64,000 bases of DNA from a candidate division WOR-3 bacterium (GTDB lineage Bacteria; Hydrothermota; Tepidihabitantia; Tepidihabitantales; Tepidihabitantaceae), in assembly GCA_965648905.1 (NCBI GenBank), contig CBFGIT010000001.1:96001-160000 (forward strand), given 5' to 3'. Position 1 is the stretch's first letter, and every line of letters starts with the position of its first letter. The translations under genes were made by a program, and so were the position numbers. A model generated the notes under the pieces. That model had not been told where the DNA came from. It saw only the letters and a list, made by a program, of their open reading frames with translations, and ran no database searches. This document shows positions 18,871-27,501 of the stretch, piece after piece.

Positions 18871-20511
18871 CTAAGGAGTCTGCTCCGACTCTGGCAATTC
18901 TGCTTCTCGCATCTCGGCGATTTCGAGTATCTCGACTGCGCGCAGAGCCGCCTGCTTCACGATGCGCGGCTGCTTGCTCAAAGGCCAGGGCCTTGCCATT
19001 CTACGCAACTGGGGCAGAGCGCGGGTCACCCGGAGCCCGGCCAGTCCGTCAATCGCCGCAGCACGGATTTCCGGCTCCGGGTCGTCAAGAGCGGCGAGAA
19101 GGAATTCGGCGCCAATCGGATTGCCAATCTCGCCAACCGCACGCAGGGCGCAGGCCCGCACCAGGTCGCTCTCATCCTTCAGCCGGTCGAGCAGCGGCAT
19201 GGTCGCACGAAAGTCGCGCAGTTTGCCCAGTGCCTCAGCCGCCATTGCTCTCACGACCGGGTCACGGTCGGAAAGCGCGTTGACGAGCGCCGGTGCGGCC
19301 CGGCTTTCACCAATCTCGCCGAGCGCCTGGGCTGAGACGATTCTCACCCAGACCGTCGCATCAGAAAGACCCTGAATCAGCCGTTCGCAGGCTCCCTTGT
19401 GCCGCAGCCGGCCAAGCACATCGGTTGCGCGCACGCGCACCTCGACCAGATTATGGCCGAGCAACTTGAACGTCGGGTCAAGGGCCAGAGCGGCCTGGGC
19501 CTCAAGACCGTTTGCTGCGGCCGCGGCAACTTTCGGGTCCTCGTCTGCCAGCGCAGCAGCCAACAGCTCGGCCGAACGAGAGTTGTGAATCCGGCCCAGG
19601 GCTGATACCGCTGCCAGCCGTACCCGGTCATCAGCATCGGTCAGCACGCCGGCCAGTGCCTCAATGCAGCTCGGGTCGCCGATACCGCCGAGCACCTCGG
19701 CCGCCGATGCCCGCACGGTCGGATTCTCGTTCACCAGCAGCTCCGCGACCGGAATCAGGGCGGTCTTTCCCTGGTCGAGCAGCGCGGTCATCGCATTCAG
19801 CCGGTCGGAAAGGTCCTCAGATGCAAGCGCACGAATCAGCGGGTCCACGGCCTGAACGCTGACGCTGCGCAAAGCCTCAAGTGCGGCGCGGCGGACTTCC
19901 GGGTCCGGGTCTTCGGATGATATGCGGGCGAGCAGCTCCACTGCCTTGCGGTGGCGGAGCCGACCCAGGGCAGTGGCTGCGGCGCAGCGCATTTCCGGGT
20001 TGTCATCGGCCATCTCATCCATCAGCGCATCAACGGTCGAAGGGTCCCGGATTTCACCCAGCGCGCGCGCGGCCGCGATGCGCACCGAATCGACCAGGTC
20101 GCGCAGCAGGTCAAGGAGCGGAGGGATAGCAGCACGGCCGCCAATTCGGCCCAGGGCCACAGCAATTGCCGCACGGGTCTCAGGGTCGCGGTCGGTCGCA
20201 TTACGGGCCAGCAGTCCGACCGCCGAATCAAGGCCCAGCCGGCCAATCAACTCCGGAACCAAAGTCCCAACCGGCCCCTGCCAGTTACTGACGCAGCGGC
20301 TTACCGGCTCGATTGCAGCCGTTCCCAGTGCGACCAGCGCATCGGCCGCACGGCGCCTGATGCTCTCATCCGGGTCAGAAAGCAGCAAAACCAGCGCACC
20401 CGCAGCCTCGCTGCCGCCGATGTTTGCCAACCGGTCCACTGCCTGACCACGAACAACCGGGTCCGTGCTGTGCAGGTCAGAAACGACCCCGCTCAGCGAG
20501 AGATGCTTCAC
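18871..20511 (-). CDS. HEAT/PBS-lyase-like repeat protein
   Basis: Many VRxxAAxALGxIG repeats; GTGA overlap with cutA. Confidence 0.9.
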   Translation of the reverse strand: MKHLSLSGVVSDLHSTDPVVRGQAVDRLANIGGSEAAGALVLLLSDPDESIRRRAADALVALGTAAIEPVSRCVSNWQGPVGTLVPELIGRLGLDSAVGLLARNATDRDPETRAAIAVALGRIGGRAAIPPLLDLLRDLVDSVRIAAARALGEIRDPSTVDALMDEMADDNPEMRCAAATALGRLRHRKAVELLARISSEDPDPEVRRAALEALRSVSVQAVDPLIRALASEDLSDRLNAMTALLDQGKTALIPVAELLVNENPTVRASAAEVLGGIGDPSCIEALAGVLTDADDRVRLAAVSALGRIHNSRSAELLAAALADEDPKVAAAAANGLEAQAALALDPTFKLLGHNLVEVRVRATDVLGRLRHKGACERLIQGLSDATVWVRIVSAQALGEIGESRAAPALVNALSDRDPVVRAMAAEALGKLRDFRATMPLLDRLKDESDLVRACALRAVGEIGNPIGAEFLLAALDDPEPEIRAAAIDGLAGLRVTRALPQLRRMARPWPLSKQPRIVKQAALRAVEILEIAEMREAELPESEQTP

Positions 20512-20900
20512 CGTCGTGCTCCAGCACGCTTGTTCTCCGTCCCACCGGCACGCCCCTTCGTGCTCCTGCCCCGACGGGCGACCGGCCTGGTTTCCGCGGC
20601 CAGCCACTCAAGGTATGCCCGGCTGCCGGCTGCGACCGGCAAGGCGATGATTTCCGGCGTGTCATAGGGGTGCAGGGCCCCGAGTCTGCGCACGAGAGCA
20701 TTATAGCGCGAACCGGTGGTCTTGACAAGGCACAGCCATTCGCCCGTAGTCTCCTCCTTGTTCTGCCACCAGTACGTGCTCTCGACCGGGCCAAGGACCT
20801 GCACGCACGCAGCCAGCCGTGCCTTGACCAGCTCGCGGGCGATATGCCGGGCCACAGCGCGGGTCGGTGCAGTCGTCATAACCTGCAGATACTCTGGCAC
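20508..20900 (-). CDS. cutA: Divalent-cation tolerance protein CutA
   Basis: LAACVQV, STYWW, HPYDTPEIIALP, YLEWL. Confidence 0.93.
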   Translation of the reverse strand: MPEYLQVMTTAPTRAVARHIARELVKARLAACVQVLGPVESTYWWQNKEETTGEWLCLVKTTGSRYNALVRRLGALHPYDTPEIIALPVAAGSRAYLEWLAAETRPVARRGRSTKGRAGGTENKRAGARR

Positions 20901-21091
20901 TGATGACAGTTTCCCCTTTGGAACGGCTAAGTCAAGAATGAACCGGCCCGGTCTTTCTTGACACTGACAGCCAGGCAGTATTATCTGTTCGGGTCCTGAC
21001 GCCCCGCCTTTGTCCGGATGCGGCGGTGCGAGCGCTCTGGTACGCGGGCGGGACAGGACAAAGGCAGAGAAAGACCGAGAAAGGAGATACC

Positions 21092-21772
21092 ATGAGGCAT
21101 GCAACTATGCTGGTGCTGGTCGGTGTCATTGCTGTTGCCGGCATCACGCGGGCGCAGTCGGGTTTGGGGCTGAGCATCAAGCCGGGCTTCACCCTGAATG
21201 CAGCGCACATCGGCTACAAGGCCGACAATCTGTTCATTGGCGGCGGCCTGGAGTTCGCCAGCGTGTCGCTGTCGGGCAGCTTCGAGCATACCTACACCGA
21301 CACGTGGGGTCCACGTGACACGACGATTTCAGAGAAATACAGTACCAAGCAGGAAGCAAGCGTCTTCCTGCCCCAGGTCGCGTTCAAGGCGCTGTTCGGC
21401 GGTCCAGGTGAAGGGGAAGCTGACCGCGGCTATGCCCGGCCCTATCTCTGGGGCAGCCTCTTCTACTCAATCGCATCGGTTAGGTCATCCTTCACCTACG
21501 GGGACTCAACCAAACACGATACCATCGCTGAGAAGCTTCTGAACGACGTCCTGAGCGGCAATCTGGGCGGTACGGTTGCAGTGGGCGGGGAGTACTACAT
21601 CGCCAAGAGCCTCTCGCTCAGCGGCGAGTTCGGCTGCCGGTTCGTGTTCGGCGGCGTGAAACAGGAGTTCCGTAACGAGGAGTCTTACTATGTGAACGAC
21701 GTAACCAAACTCGACGGTAAGCTCGGGCTGGGTGTAACCTACACGACCCTTGGTCTGAACTTCTACTTCTAG
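21092..21772 (+). CDS. Outer-membrane beta-barrel protein
   Basis: AGGAG RBS, signal peptide, amphipathic strands (GGEYYI, LSGEFG), C-terminal LNFYF. Confidence 0.75.
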   Translation: MRHATMLVLVGVIAVAGITRAQSGLGLSIKPGFTLNAAHIGYKADNLFIGGGLEFASVSLSGSFEHTYTDTWGPRDTTISEKYSTKQEASVFLPQVAFKALFGGPGEGEADRGYARPYLWGSLFYSIASVRSSFTYGDSTKHDTIAEKLLNDVLSGNLGGTVAVGGEYYIAKSLSLSGEFGCRFVFGGVKQEFRNEESYYVNDVTKLDGKLGLGVTYTTLGLNFYF

Positions 21773-21789
21773 CTCCTGTCAACCACTTC

Positions 21790-21820
21790 GGCCGGCCCAC
21801 GTCGCAAGACGCGGGCCGGC
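21790..21820. terminator. GC-rich hairpin with GCAA loop
   Basis: GCCGGCCCACGTC-GCAA-GACGCGGGCCGGC after the OMP gene; weak U tract. Confidence 0.45.
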
Positions 21821-21885
21821 TATGCTTGTAGAGCGGAATGGGGCAGTTACTGCCAGGGTAGATTACAGGCAAGATGCCCGCGAAG

Positions 21886-21914
21886 TTGACTTCACTACTG
21901 GCAGTTCCTAGAAT
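21886..21914 (+). promoter_or_regulatory. Sigma70-type promoter, leaderless arrangement
   Basis: TTGACT-17-TAGAAT, then 7 nt to ATG 21922. Confidence 0.7.
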
Positions 21915-21921
21915 AGGGAAT

Positions 21922-22671
21922 ATGTTTGCCTATCGCGGAGCAGTCACTTGGTCAGCCGCGGTCGTGCTTGCGGCGCTGGCCTGCTCGGACGCGCCGGTCG
22001 TGCCGGTCCAGCCTACCAGCCGCAATGTCCTGACCGAAATGGTGTTCGTTGACTCGACTTGAGGGTACTGCGCGCTCGCGGTGCGGGCGCTGGACAGCTT
22101 GTCGAACAACCGCTATGACTCGGCAATGCCGGTAGTCATGTATATGGCAGTTGGCAGATTCCGGGTCACGGAAGAGGACAGTGCACGCCGTTCGCCGCCC
22201 AAGCACCTCTATCTCGATGGCACCCGGGTCCTGAACATGGATGACTACGGCTCGACTCAGTACGGCAGTGTGTTTGCTGCCAGCATCGACGTGGCGAAGT
22301 CGCGGCCGAGCTTTATGTCTCTCGCGGTCGAGAGCACGTATGCCGACACGGCCGATGGTGTCTGCGTCGTGATGGTCACCGCGGATTCGGTTGCGCTTGG
22401 CGCGGACTTGCGTCTTGTGGCCGTTGTCACCGAGGACAGCGTCGTTACGTCCGGCTTCCTCGGCGCCAAGTGGGACCACATGGCCCGCCGCATCGTCCCG
22501 GACTATTCCGGCAAGAGCATTAGCCTTGCGCGCGGGGACACGCTCTACGACACGCTGCGATTCTCAACCACGGGCTGCAATCCGGCAAAGCTGGCGGCAG
22601 CCGTCTACCTGCGCGACGCGCAGGACAACAGCATTGTTCAATCCCTGCGCGTACGCGCTTTCAACCATTAG
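21922..22671 (+). CDS. Omp28-like thioredoxin-fold lipoprotein, putative selenoprotein (UGYC)
   Basis: Lipobox LAC; RNVLTEMVFVDST-TGA(22060)-GYC continues in frame into the 22081 ORF; VAVVTED and HMARR resemble the Omp28 domain; SECIS-like hairpin follows. Confidence 0.8.
22072..22090 (+). promoter_or_regulatory. Putative bacterial SECIS element
   Basis: GCGCUCGC-GGU-GCGGGCGC, 8-bp stem, 9 nt after UGA, G-led apical loop. Confidence 0.65.
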
Positions 22672-22680
22672 GAGGAGATC

Positions 22681-23247
22681 GTGAGACATCTGGCATGGAC
22701 TCTGTTCGGTCTTGTGTTCGCGGCGGGCGCGGCCCTCGCATCTGCGGCTGAGGAGAAGTACCCGAAAGCACCCAACTTCACCCTGAAGGACGTCAACGGC
22801 AAGTCCTACACCCTGGACTCGCTGCTTCAGAACGGCCCGGTCTATATGGAATGCTGGGACCTGCCTTGCGTCAACTGTATCGCCGAGCTCGATGCCCTGA
22901 TGCCGATTTACGACTCGCTGAAGGCCCGTGGGCTGCAGATAGTGGCCCTGTCGGTTGACAAGCCGGCGGACGAAGCCCGGGTCAAGGCGTTCGTGAAGAG
23001 CAAGAAGTGGCCCTACATCTGCCTCCTGGACCAGCAGAACAAGGTGAAGAAGGCCTACAATATCATCATCAAGCCCACCGCGTATCTCATCAATACCAAG
23101 GGTGAGATTGTCTTCACGCACATCGGGTACAAGAAGGGCGACGAGAAGAAGATCAAAGCCGAGTTCCTGAAATGGCTGCCTGAAGAGCCGGCCAAGGCTG
23201 AACCGGAGACCGAGCCGGAGAAGCCGGTCAAGAACAAAGACAAGTAA
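22681..23247 (+). CDS. TlpA/ResA family thiol-disulfide reductase
   Basis: Signal peptide, APNFTLKD, WDLPCVNC, PTAYLIN. Confidence 0.88.
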   Translation: MRHLAWTLFGLVFAAGAALASAAEEKYPKAPNFTLKDVNGKSYTLDSLLQNGPVYMECWDLPCVNCIAELDALMPIYDSLKARGLQIVALSVDKPADEARVKAFVKSKKWPYICLLDQQNKVKKAYNIIIKPTAYLINTKGEIVFTHIGYKKGDEKKIKAEFLKWLPEEPAKAEPETEPEKPVKNKDK

Positions 23248-23253
23248 CGCTCA

Positions 23254-24729
23254 GTGGCACGGAGAACCAGTATCAGCCTGGCCTGTCTACTGGCGGCGTT
23301 GCCCGCACTGGCCGCCGAACTCTCGATTCAGGGCGTGAATCGCGCCGAGTCCTGGGCGTTTTTCGATTCGGTCTACTCCACGCACTCCGAGGACAAGCTC
23401 GACCTTGACATCGGCTACGGCGACCTGAATGGCTCGCTCGGCCTGTTCCTGTATGAGCCGTCCAAGCCATGGCTGGGCGCACGCCAGCCGATGCGGCTTC
23501 TGGACTATACCATCGCCTACGCGCCCGAGCATTTCGAAGTGCTCTACGGCAAGTACTACCAGACCTTTGGCAAAGGACTGGCCCTGCGCGCTTACTCTGA
23601 CGATGACTTCCGGCACTACAAGAGCCTGCACGGACTCAGAGGCACTGCCCACCTGCCATTCTCGACCGACGTCGTGCTCCTGGGTGGCCGGCTGCGCGAC
23701 ATCTTCTTCCAGGAGAATACCTACAAGACCCTGAACAACACGGACACAACCGACCAGGTCCTGGGCGCGGACCTCTCTACGCGACCAGTCGGTTTCTTTG
23801 GGTTCGGCGGCCGTTATGTGCGCATCAACGGCGAGCGCGACCTGACGCCCAAGGCGTTCAACGAGTTCATCGGCGGCAATGTCTCGACCACGCTCGGCCC
23901 GGTTGACCTGTACGCCGAGCTGTGCCAGCGCCTCGGCACCAAACCCGGCATCGGCGGCCGCGAAAAGGGCCTGGGCTACTACCTGAGCGCGACCGCGTCC
24001 TTTCCCGGCTACTCGCTCCTTGGCGAGTACATGGACTACGACAATCTAAGCCATCCTGCGGCCGGATATCACTACAACGACCCGCCCACGCCCATCAAGT
24101 CCGGCGTGGCCATCGACCGTGGTGTCGACGAGCTGGGCTTCGGCGTCACAGGCACGGCCACACCCCTCGACCCGTTGTACCTCGAGGCCAACTACGGCAA
24201 GCTGTATCGGCACAAGGACAGCCTGACCGGTGTGGTCGAGTGGGAAGGCAAGACTCGCTACTCGCTCGGGACCGAATGGACCTTTGAGGCGAAGTTCAAC
24301 CACATGGTGCAGCAGAACATCGAGTTGCACGTCGCGAACCGCACCACCGACAAACCGACTGTACTCATCAACTACCTGCTGGGGCAACACACCTTCGCGC
24401 TTGAGGCCGAGTACAACTCCGTCACCGAGGACACCGGCCACATGGAAACTCCGTGGCAGTATCACGAGACCGCGCTCGCCCTGAGCTACGGCTTGGGCGA
24501 GGCACTGCTTCTTACCGCGGGCTGGCAGGGCGTGGATTTAAAGCTCGAGCGGCGCTACAACGGCCAGCAGTCGTGGCCGATGTTCGAAACCGTGTGGAAC
24601 ATCAACGAGCGGAACGTCCTACGCGTGCGGCTCGGAGCCGAACGCGGCGGCTACACCTGCTCGGGCGGTGTCTGCCGGTTCGAGTCGCCGTTCCGGGGTG
24701 TGAAGGCGCAGCTTATCAGCCGGTTCTAG
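23254..24729 (+). CDS. Outer-membrane beta-barrel with C-terminal CSGGVC motif (DUF6029-like)
   Basis: Signal peptide, GKYYQTFGKGLALR, GGYTCSGGVCR, terminal F. Confidence 0.7.
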   Translation: MARRTSISLACLLAALPALAAELSIQGVNRAESWAFFDSVYSTHSEDKLDLDIGYGDLNGSLGLFLYEPSKPWLGARQPMRLLDYTIAYAPEHFEVLYGKYYQTFGKGLALRAYSDDDFRHYKSLHGLRGTAHLPFSTDVVLLGGRLRDIFFQENTYKTLNNTDTTDQVLGADLSTRPVGFFGFGGRYVRINGERDLTPKAFNEFIGGNVSTTLGPVDLYAELCQRLGTKPGIGGREKGLGYYLSATASFPGYSLLGEYMDYDNLSHPAAGYHYNDPPTPIKSGVAIDRGVDELGFGVTGTATPLDPLYLEANYGKLYRHKDSLTGVVEWEGKTRYSLGTEWTFEAKFNHMVQQNIELHVANRTTDKPTVLINYLLGQHTFALEAEYNSVTEDTGHMETPWQYHETALALSYGLGEALLLTAGWQGVDLKLERRYNGQQSWPMFETVWNINERNVLRVRLGAERGGYTCSGGVCRFESPFRGVKAQLISRF

Positions 24730-24730
24730 C

Positions 24731-24868
24731 ATGAAGCGGAGAATAGCGTTTGTCGTGCTGGCCGTGGTCGGTGTCGCCGCCATTGCCTTAGGTATTGCCA
24801 AAGGCGACCCGGAGACAATCCACCGCTTCGCGGCCCAGATATGACTATCCTGCATGGGGCTCGTGTAG
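24731..24868 (+). CDS. Small membrane peptide, CD1871A-like CxxC family, putative selenoprotein (ULSC)
   Basis: MKRRIAFVVLAVVGVAAIALGIAKGDPETIHRFAAQI-TGA-LSCMGLV*; resembles the AxxICLxCIG family that precedes 4Fe-4S membrane proteins; not in the ORF track. Confidence 0.8.
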
Positions 24869-24875
24869 CCCTGTG
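24853..24875 (+). promoter_or_regulatory. Putative bacterial SECIS element
   Basis: CAUGGGGCU-CGUGU-AGCCCUGUG, 9-bp stem, 8 nt after the UGA at 24842. Confidence 0.65.
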
Positions 24876-24891
24876 AACTAGCATCCAACCC

Positions 24892-26502
24892 GTGACCCAG
24901 GACCGGTTCGACATCAGCAGGAAGACACGAATAATAGTCTTCGCCCTCATCTCGGGCAGTGCGGTCATCGTCACCCTGCTGCTCAAGTTCCTCGGCCGAT
25001 TCGACTGGGGCGTGCTGTACTACGGCTTTGCCACCGTACTCGGCCTCGGGCTTTTTCTCGCCTTGTTTCTGGGTCGGCCCACGGTATTGCGCCGCTGGCT
25101 CTCTTTTCTCACCATATCGCTGACCGGTCTTATCGCGGCCGCGTCGCTTTCGTTCGGCCAGGGCCTCCCCTTTGGCCGGGTGCTCGTCTTCGGCTGGGTG
25201 CCGTTCACCCTTATCATGCTCGCCACGGTCGTGTACGTCCGACGCCGGGTTGCGCCCTACCGCGTCGTTCACATCATCGCCGCAGTAATGCTCAACTCCT
25301 ACATCGTCGCCTACCTTCAGAGCAAGGTGTTGTTCCAGGGTTTCTTCAAGTACGTGCCGCAGCCGATTCTGAACTGCTATGGCGGGCCGCTGGCGGTGTT
25401 CGCCTGCCCGATCGGCTCGACCCAGCAGATGATTGGCATGAAGTTCCTACCCTGGCTGCCGCTCGGCGTATTCATCGTTGTCGGTGCAGTCGTGGGCCGG
25501 GCTGCCTGCGCCTGGCTTTGCCCGTTCGGCATGTGGCAGGACCTGCTGTACAAGGTCAAGGTCGGCCCCAAGGCTGGTGCCAAGCGCTGGGCCGGGCTCG
25601 GCCTCATCGCGGCCATTACTCTGGTCATCGGCGCAGCGCTGGTTACGTGGCTCAAGCTGCCTTGGGTTGCGGTGTTCATCTACGCGTGGCTGCCGTTCAA
25701 TCTGCTCGTGCTGGCCGTCGTTCTCCGCGGCAAGCTTGCTCTGCCCGCGAAGATGTGGATTGGCAGCTTCCTCGCCGCCGTCGGCCTTGCCGCGGTTGTC
25801 TGGTTCAAGCACGAAATCGGGTATGCGGTCGCGGCCGGTTTCGTGGGCATGGTACTGCTGGGCCTGACCGGCCGCTGGTTTGCGGCTGGGGCGAGTGCGG
25901 TTGCCGGTCTGCTTCTGGGTTGGCTCGGCAACCCCGCGTTTCACCTCGGTCCTTTGTCCGGGCTCGGCCTTGGTGTTGCCTTGGCGGTGGCCGGCTTCGC
26001 CTTGGTCTTCGTGCTCGATATCCTCCTCAAGCTGTCTTTGCCCTCGAACTTCCTCAAGTTCGGCATGCTGCTGCTTGTGGCCGGCGTGGCGTCGTACCTC
26101 ACGGCCGAGCCGTGGTTCTGTAAACTCTGCCCGCAAGGCACGTTCGGCGCCGGCATTCCGCTTGTGCTCTGGGACCCGGTCGGCGCACTGCGCGGGCTGG
26201 TCGGCTGGCTGTACTTTGTCAAACTCGGCATCCTGCTTTTCACCATCGTCGCGGCCATCGCCGTCAAGCGGCCTTTCTGCCGCGTGGTCTGCCCAATCGG
26301 CGCTATCTATGCCCTGTTCAACAAAGCCAGCCTGCTGCACCTTGAATTCCCTGGCAGGGATGCGTGCACCAACTGCGGCATCTGCAAGAGAGTCTGCCCG
26401 ATGGACATCGACCCGCATCTCGCCCAGAACCAGCTTGAGTGTATCCGCTGCGGCGAGTGCACCACCGCCTGCCCCAAATCCGGTCTCAAGTTCCGCGTCT
26501 AG
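24892..26502 (+). CDS. Polytopic 4Fe-4S-binding membrane protein (NapH/CcoG-like)
   Basis: LNCY..ACPIG, GRAACAWLCPFG, FCKLCPQG, FCRVVCPIG and two CxxCxxCxxxCP motifs. Confidence 0.88.
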   Translation: MTQDRFDISRKTRIIVFALISGSAVIVTLLLKFLGRFDWGVLYYGFATVLGLGLFLALFLGRPTVLRRWLSFLTISLTGLIAAASLSFGQGLPFGRVLVFGWVPFTLIMLATVVYVRRRVAPYRVVHIIAAVMLNSYIVAYLQSKVLFQGFFKYVPQPILNCYGGPLAVFACPIGSTQQMIGMKFLPWLPLGVFIVVGAVVGRAACAWLCPFGMWQDLLYKVKVGPKAGAKRWAGLGLIAAITLVIGAALVTWLKLPWVAVFIYAWLPFNLLVLAVVLRGKLALPAKMWIGSFLAAVGLAAVVWFKHEIGYAVAAGFVGMVLLGLTGRWFAAGASAVAGLLLGWLGNPAFHLGPLSGLGLGVALAVAGFALVFVLDILLKLSLPSNFLKFGMLLLVAGVASYLTAEPWFCKLCPQGTFGAGIPLVLWDPVGALRGLVGWLYFVKLGILLFTIVAAIAVKRPFCRVVCPIGAIYALFNKASLLHLEFPGRDACTNCGICKRVCPMDIDPHLAQNQLECIRCGECTTACPKSGLKFRV

Positions 26503-26515
26503 CTCTGCCAGCCTT

Positions 26516-26555
26516 GGGACACGATCCGAAATGTCGGACATTTCGGTCATGTCCC
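26516..26555. repeat. Imperfect palindrome (REP-like or terminator)
   Basis: GGGACACGATCCGAAATGTC-G-GACATTTCGGTCATGTCCC. Confidence 0.55.
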
Positions 26556-26601
26556 GAGAGGTCTTTGTGTCTTCTCGCCTTTGTGGTAAAATCCCGCGCC
26601 C

Positions 26602-27498
26602 ATGCGCAAACCTGACTGGCTGAGAACCCGGCTGCCCTCAGGTCCTGAGTTCGACCGCGTCAACCGCGAACTCCGCGTCCGCGGACTAAATACGGTCTGC
26701 AGTTCGGCCCGCTGCCCGAACCTGGCCGAGTGCTGGGGCAAAGGCACGGCAACCTTCATGATTCTCGGGCGTACCTGCACGCGCCACTGCCGGTTCTGCT
26801 CGGTCGCTTCTGGCAACCCGCACGGCGCACTCGACCCGGACGAACCCCGCCGCGTGGCCGAAGCCGTGGCCGAACTCGGTATCACTTACGTCGTGCTCAC
26901 CTCGGTGGACAGAGACGACCTGCCGGATTTGGGGGCAGGCATATTTGCCGAGACGGTTCGGCAAGTCAGAATGCAGAGTGTAGAATGCAGAATGCAGAGC
27001 GCTCGCGCAGGAATTGGCAATCGGACATCGGAGACACCGCTGGTCGAGGTCCTGACGCCGGATTTTGGCGGTCGCGAAGACCTGGTAAGGCTGGTGGTCG
27101 AAGCCGGGCCAGACGTGTTCGGCCACAATCTTGAGACCGTCGAGCGCCTGACGCCTGCTGTCCGCGACCGCCGGGCTTCGTATCGCCGCTCGCTTGCGGT
27201 GCTCGCCATGGTCAAACGACTCGCGCCGCAGATGACCACCAAGAGCGGCCTGATGGTCGGGCTGGGCGAAACCGATGAAGAACTGCGCCAGGCCCTTGCC
27301 GACCTGCGCTCGGTCAACTGCGAGCTGGTCACGGTGGGCCAGTACCTGCAGCCCGCACGAACCTGCCTGCCGGTCCAGCGCTACCTGACCCAGGAAGAAT
27401 TCCTCGCACTTGAGCACGAGGCCCGAACCATGGGCTTCAGGAACGCTTTCTGCGGCCCACTCGTGCGCAGCTCGTACCATGCCGCCGAGCTGGCCTAG
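26602..27498 (+). CDS. lipA: Lipoyl synthase
   Basis: RKPDWL, CSSARCPNLAEC, CTRHCRFC, TKSGLMVGLGE, VRSSYHA. Confidence 0.97.
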   Translation: MRKPDWLRTRLPSGPEFDRVNRELRVRGLNTVCSSARCPNLAECWGKGTATFMILGRTCTRHCRFCSVASGNPHGALDPDEPRRVAEAVAELGITYVVLTSVDRDDLPDLGAGIFAETVRQVRMQSVECRMQSARAGIGNRTSETPLVEVLTPDFGGREDLVRLVVEAGPDVFGHNLETVERLTPAVRDRRASYRRSLAVLAMVKRLAPQMTTKSGLMVGLGETDEELRQALADLRSVNCELVTVGQYLQPARTCLPVQRYLTQEEFLALEHEARTMGFRNAFCGPLVRSSYHAAELA

Positions 27499-27501
27499 AC
27501 C

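Larger units (their letters stand above)
16806..18871 (+). CRISPR. CRISPR array, 37-bp repeat GTCAGAATCCTCGCCCTGATGAAAAAGGGATTACGAC
   Basis: 11 identical repeats (16806-17619) with ~38-45-bp spacers; interrupted repeats at 17662-18383; near-intact repeat 18426-18462; 14-bp remnant GTCAGAATCCTCGC at 18858-18871. CCCT/AGGG hairpin and ATTACGAC 3' end give + orientation. Confidence 0.97.

Noticed and set aside
18872..19335. 3' part of the 290-aa ORF 18463-19335
   Set aside because: Antisense to the HEAT-repeat gene; only the part within the giant spacer is considered meaningful.
22060..24844. Genome-wide UGA reassignment as the explanation for the in-frame TGAs
   Set aside because: Many genes here end in TGA, including ATGA/GTGA overlaps; both readthrough sites are UxxC with hairpins, which fits Sec.
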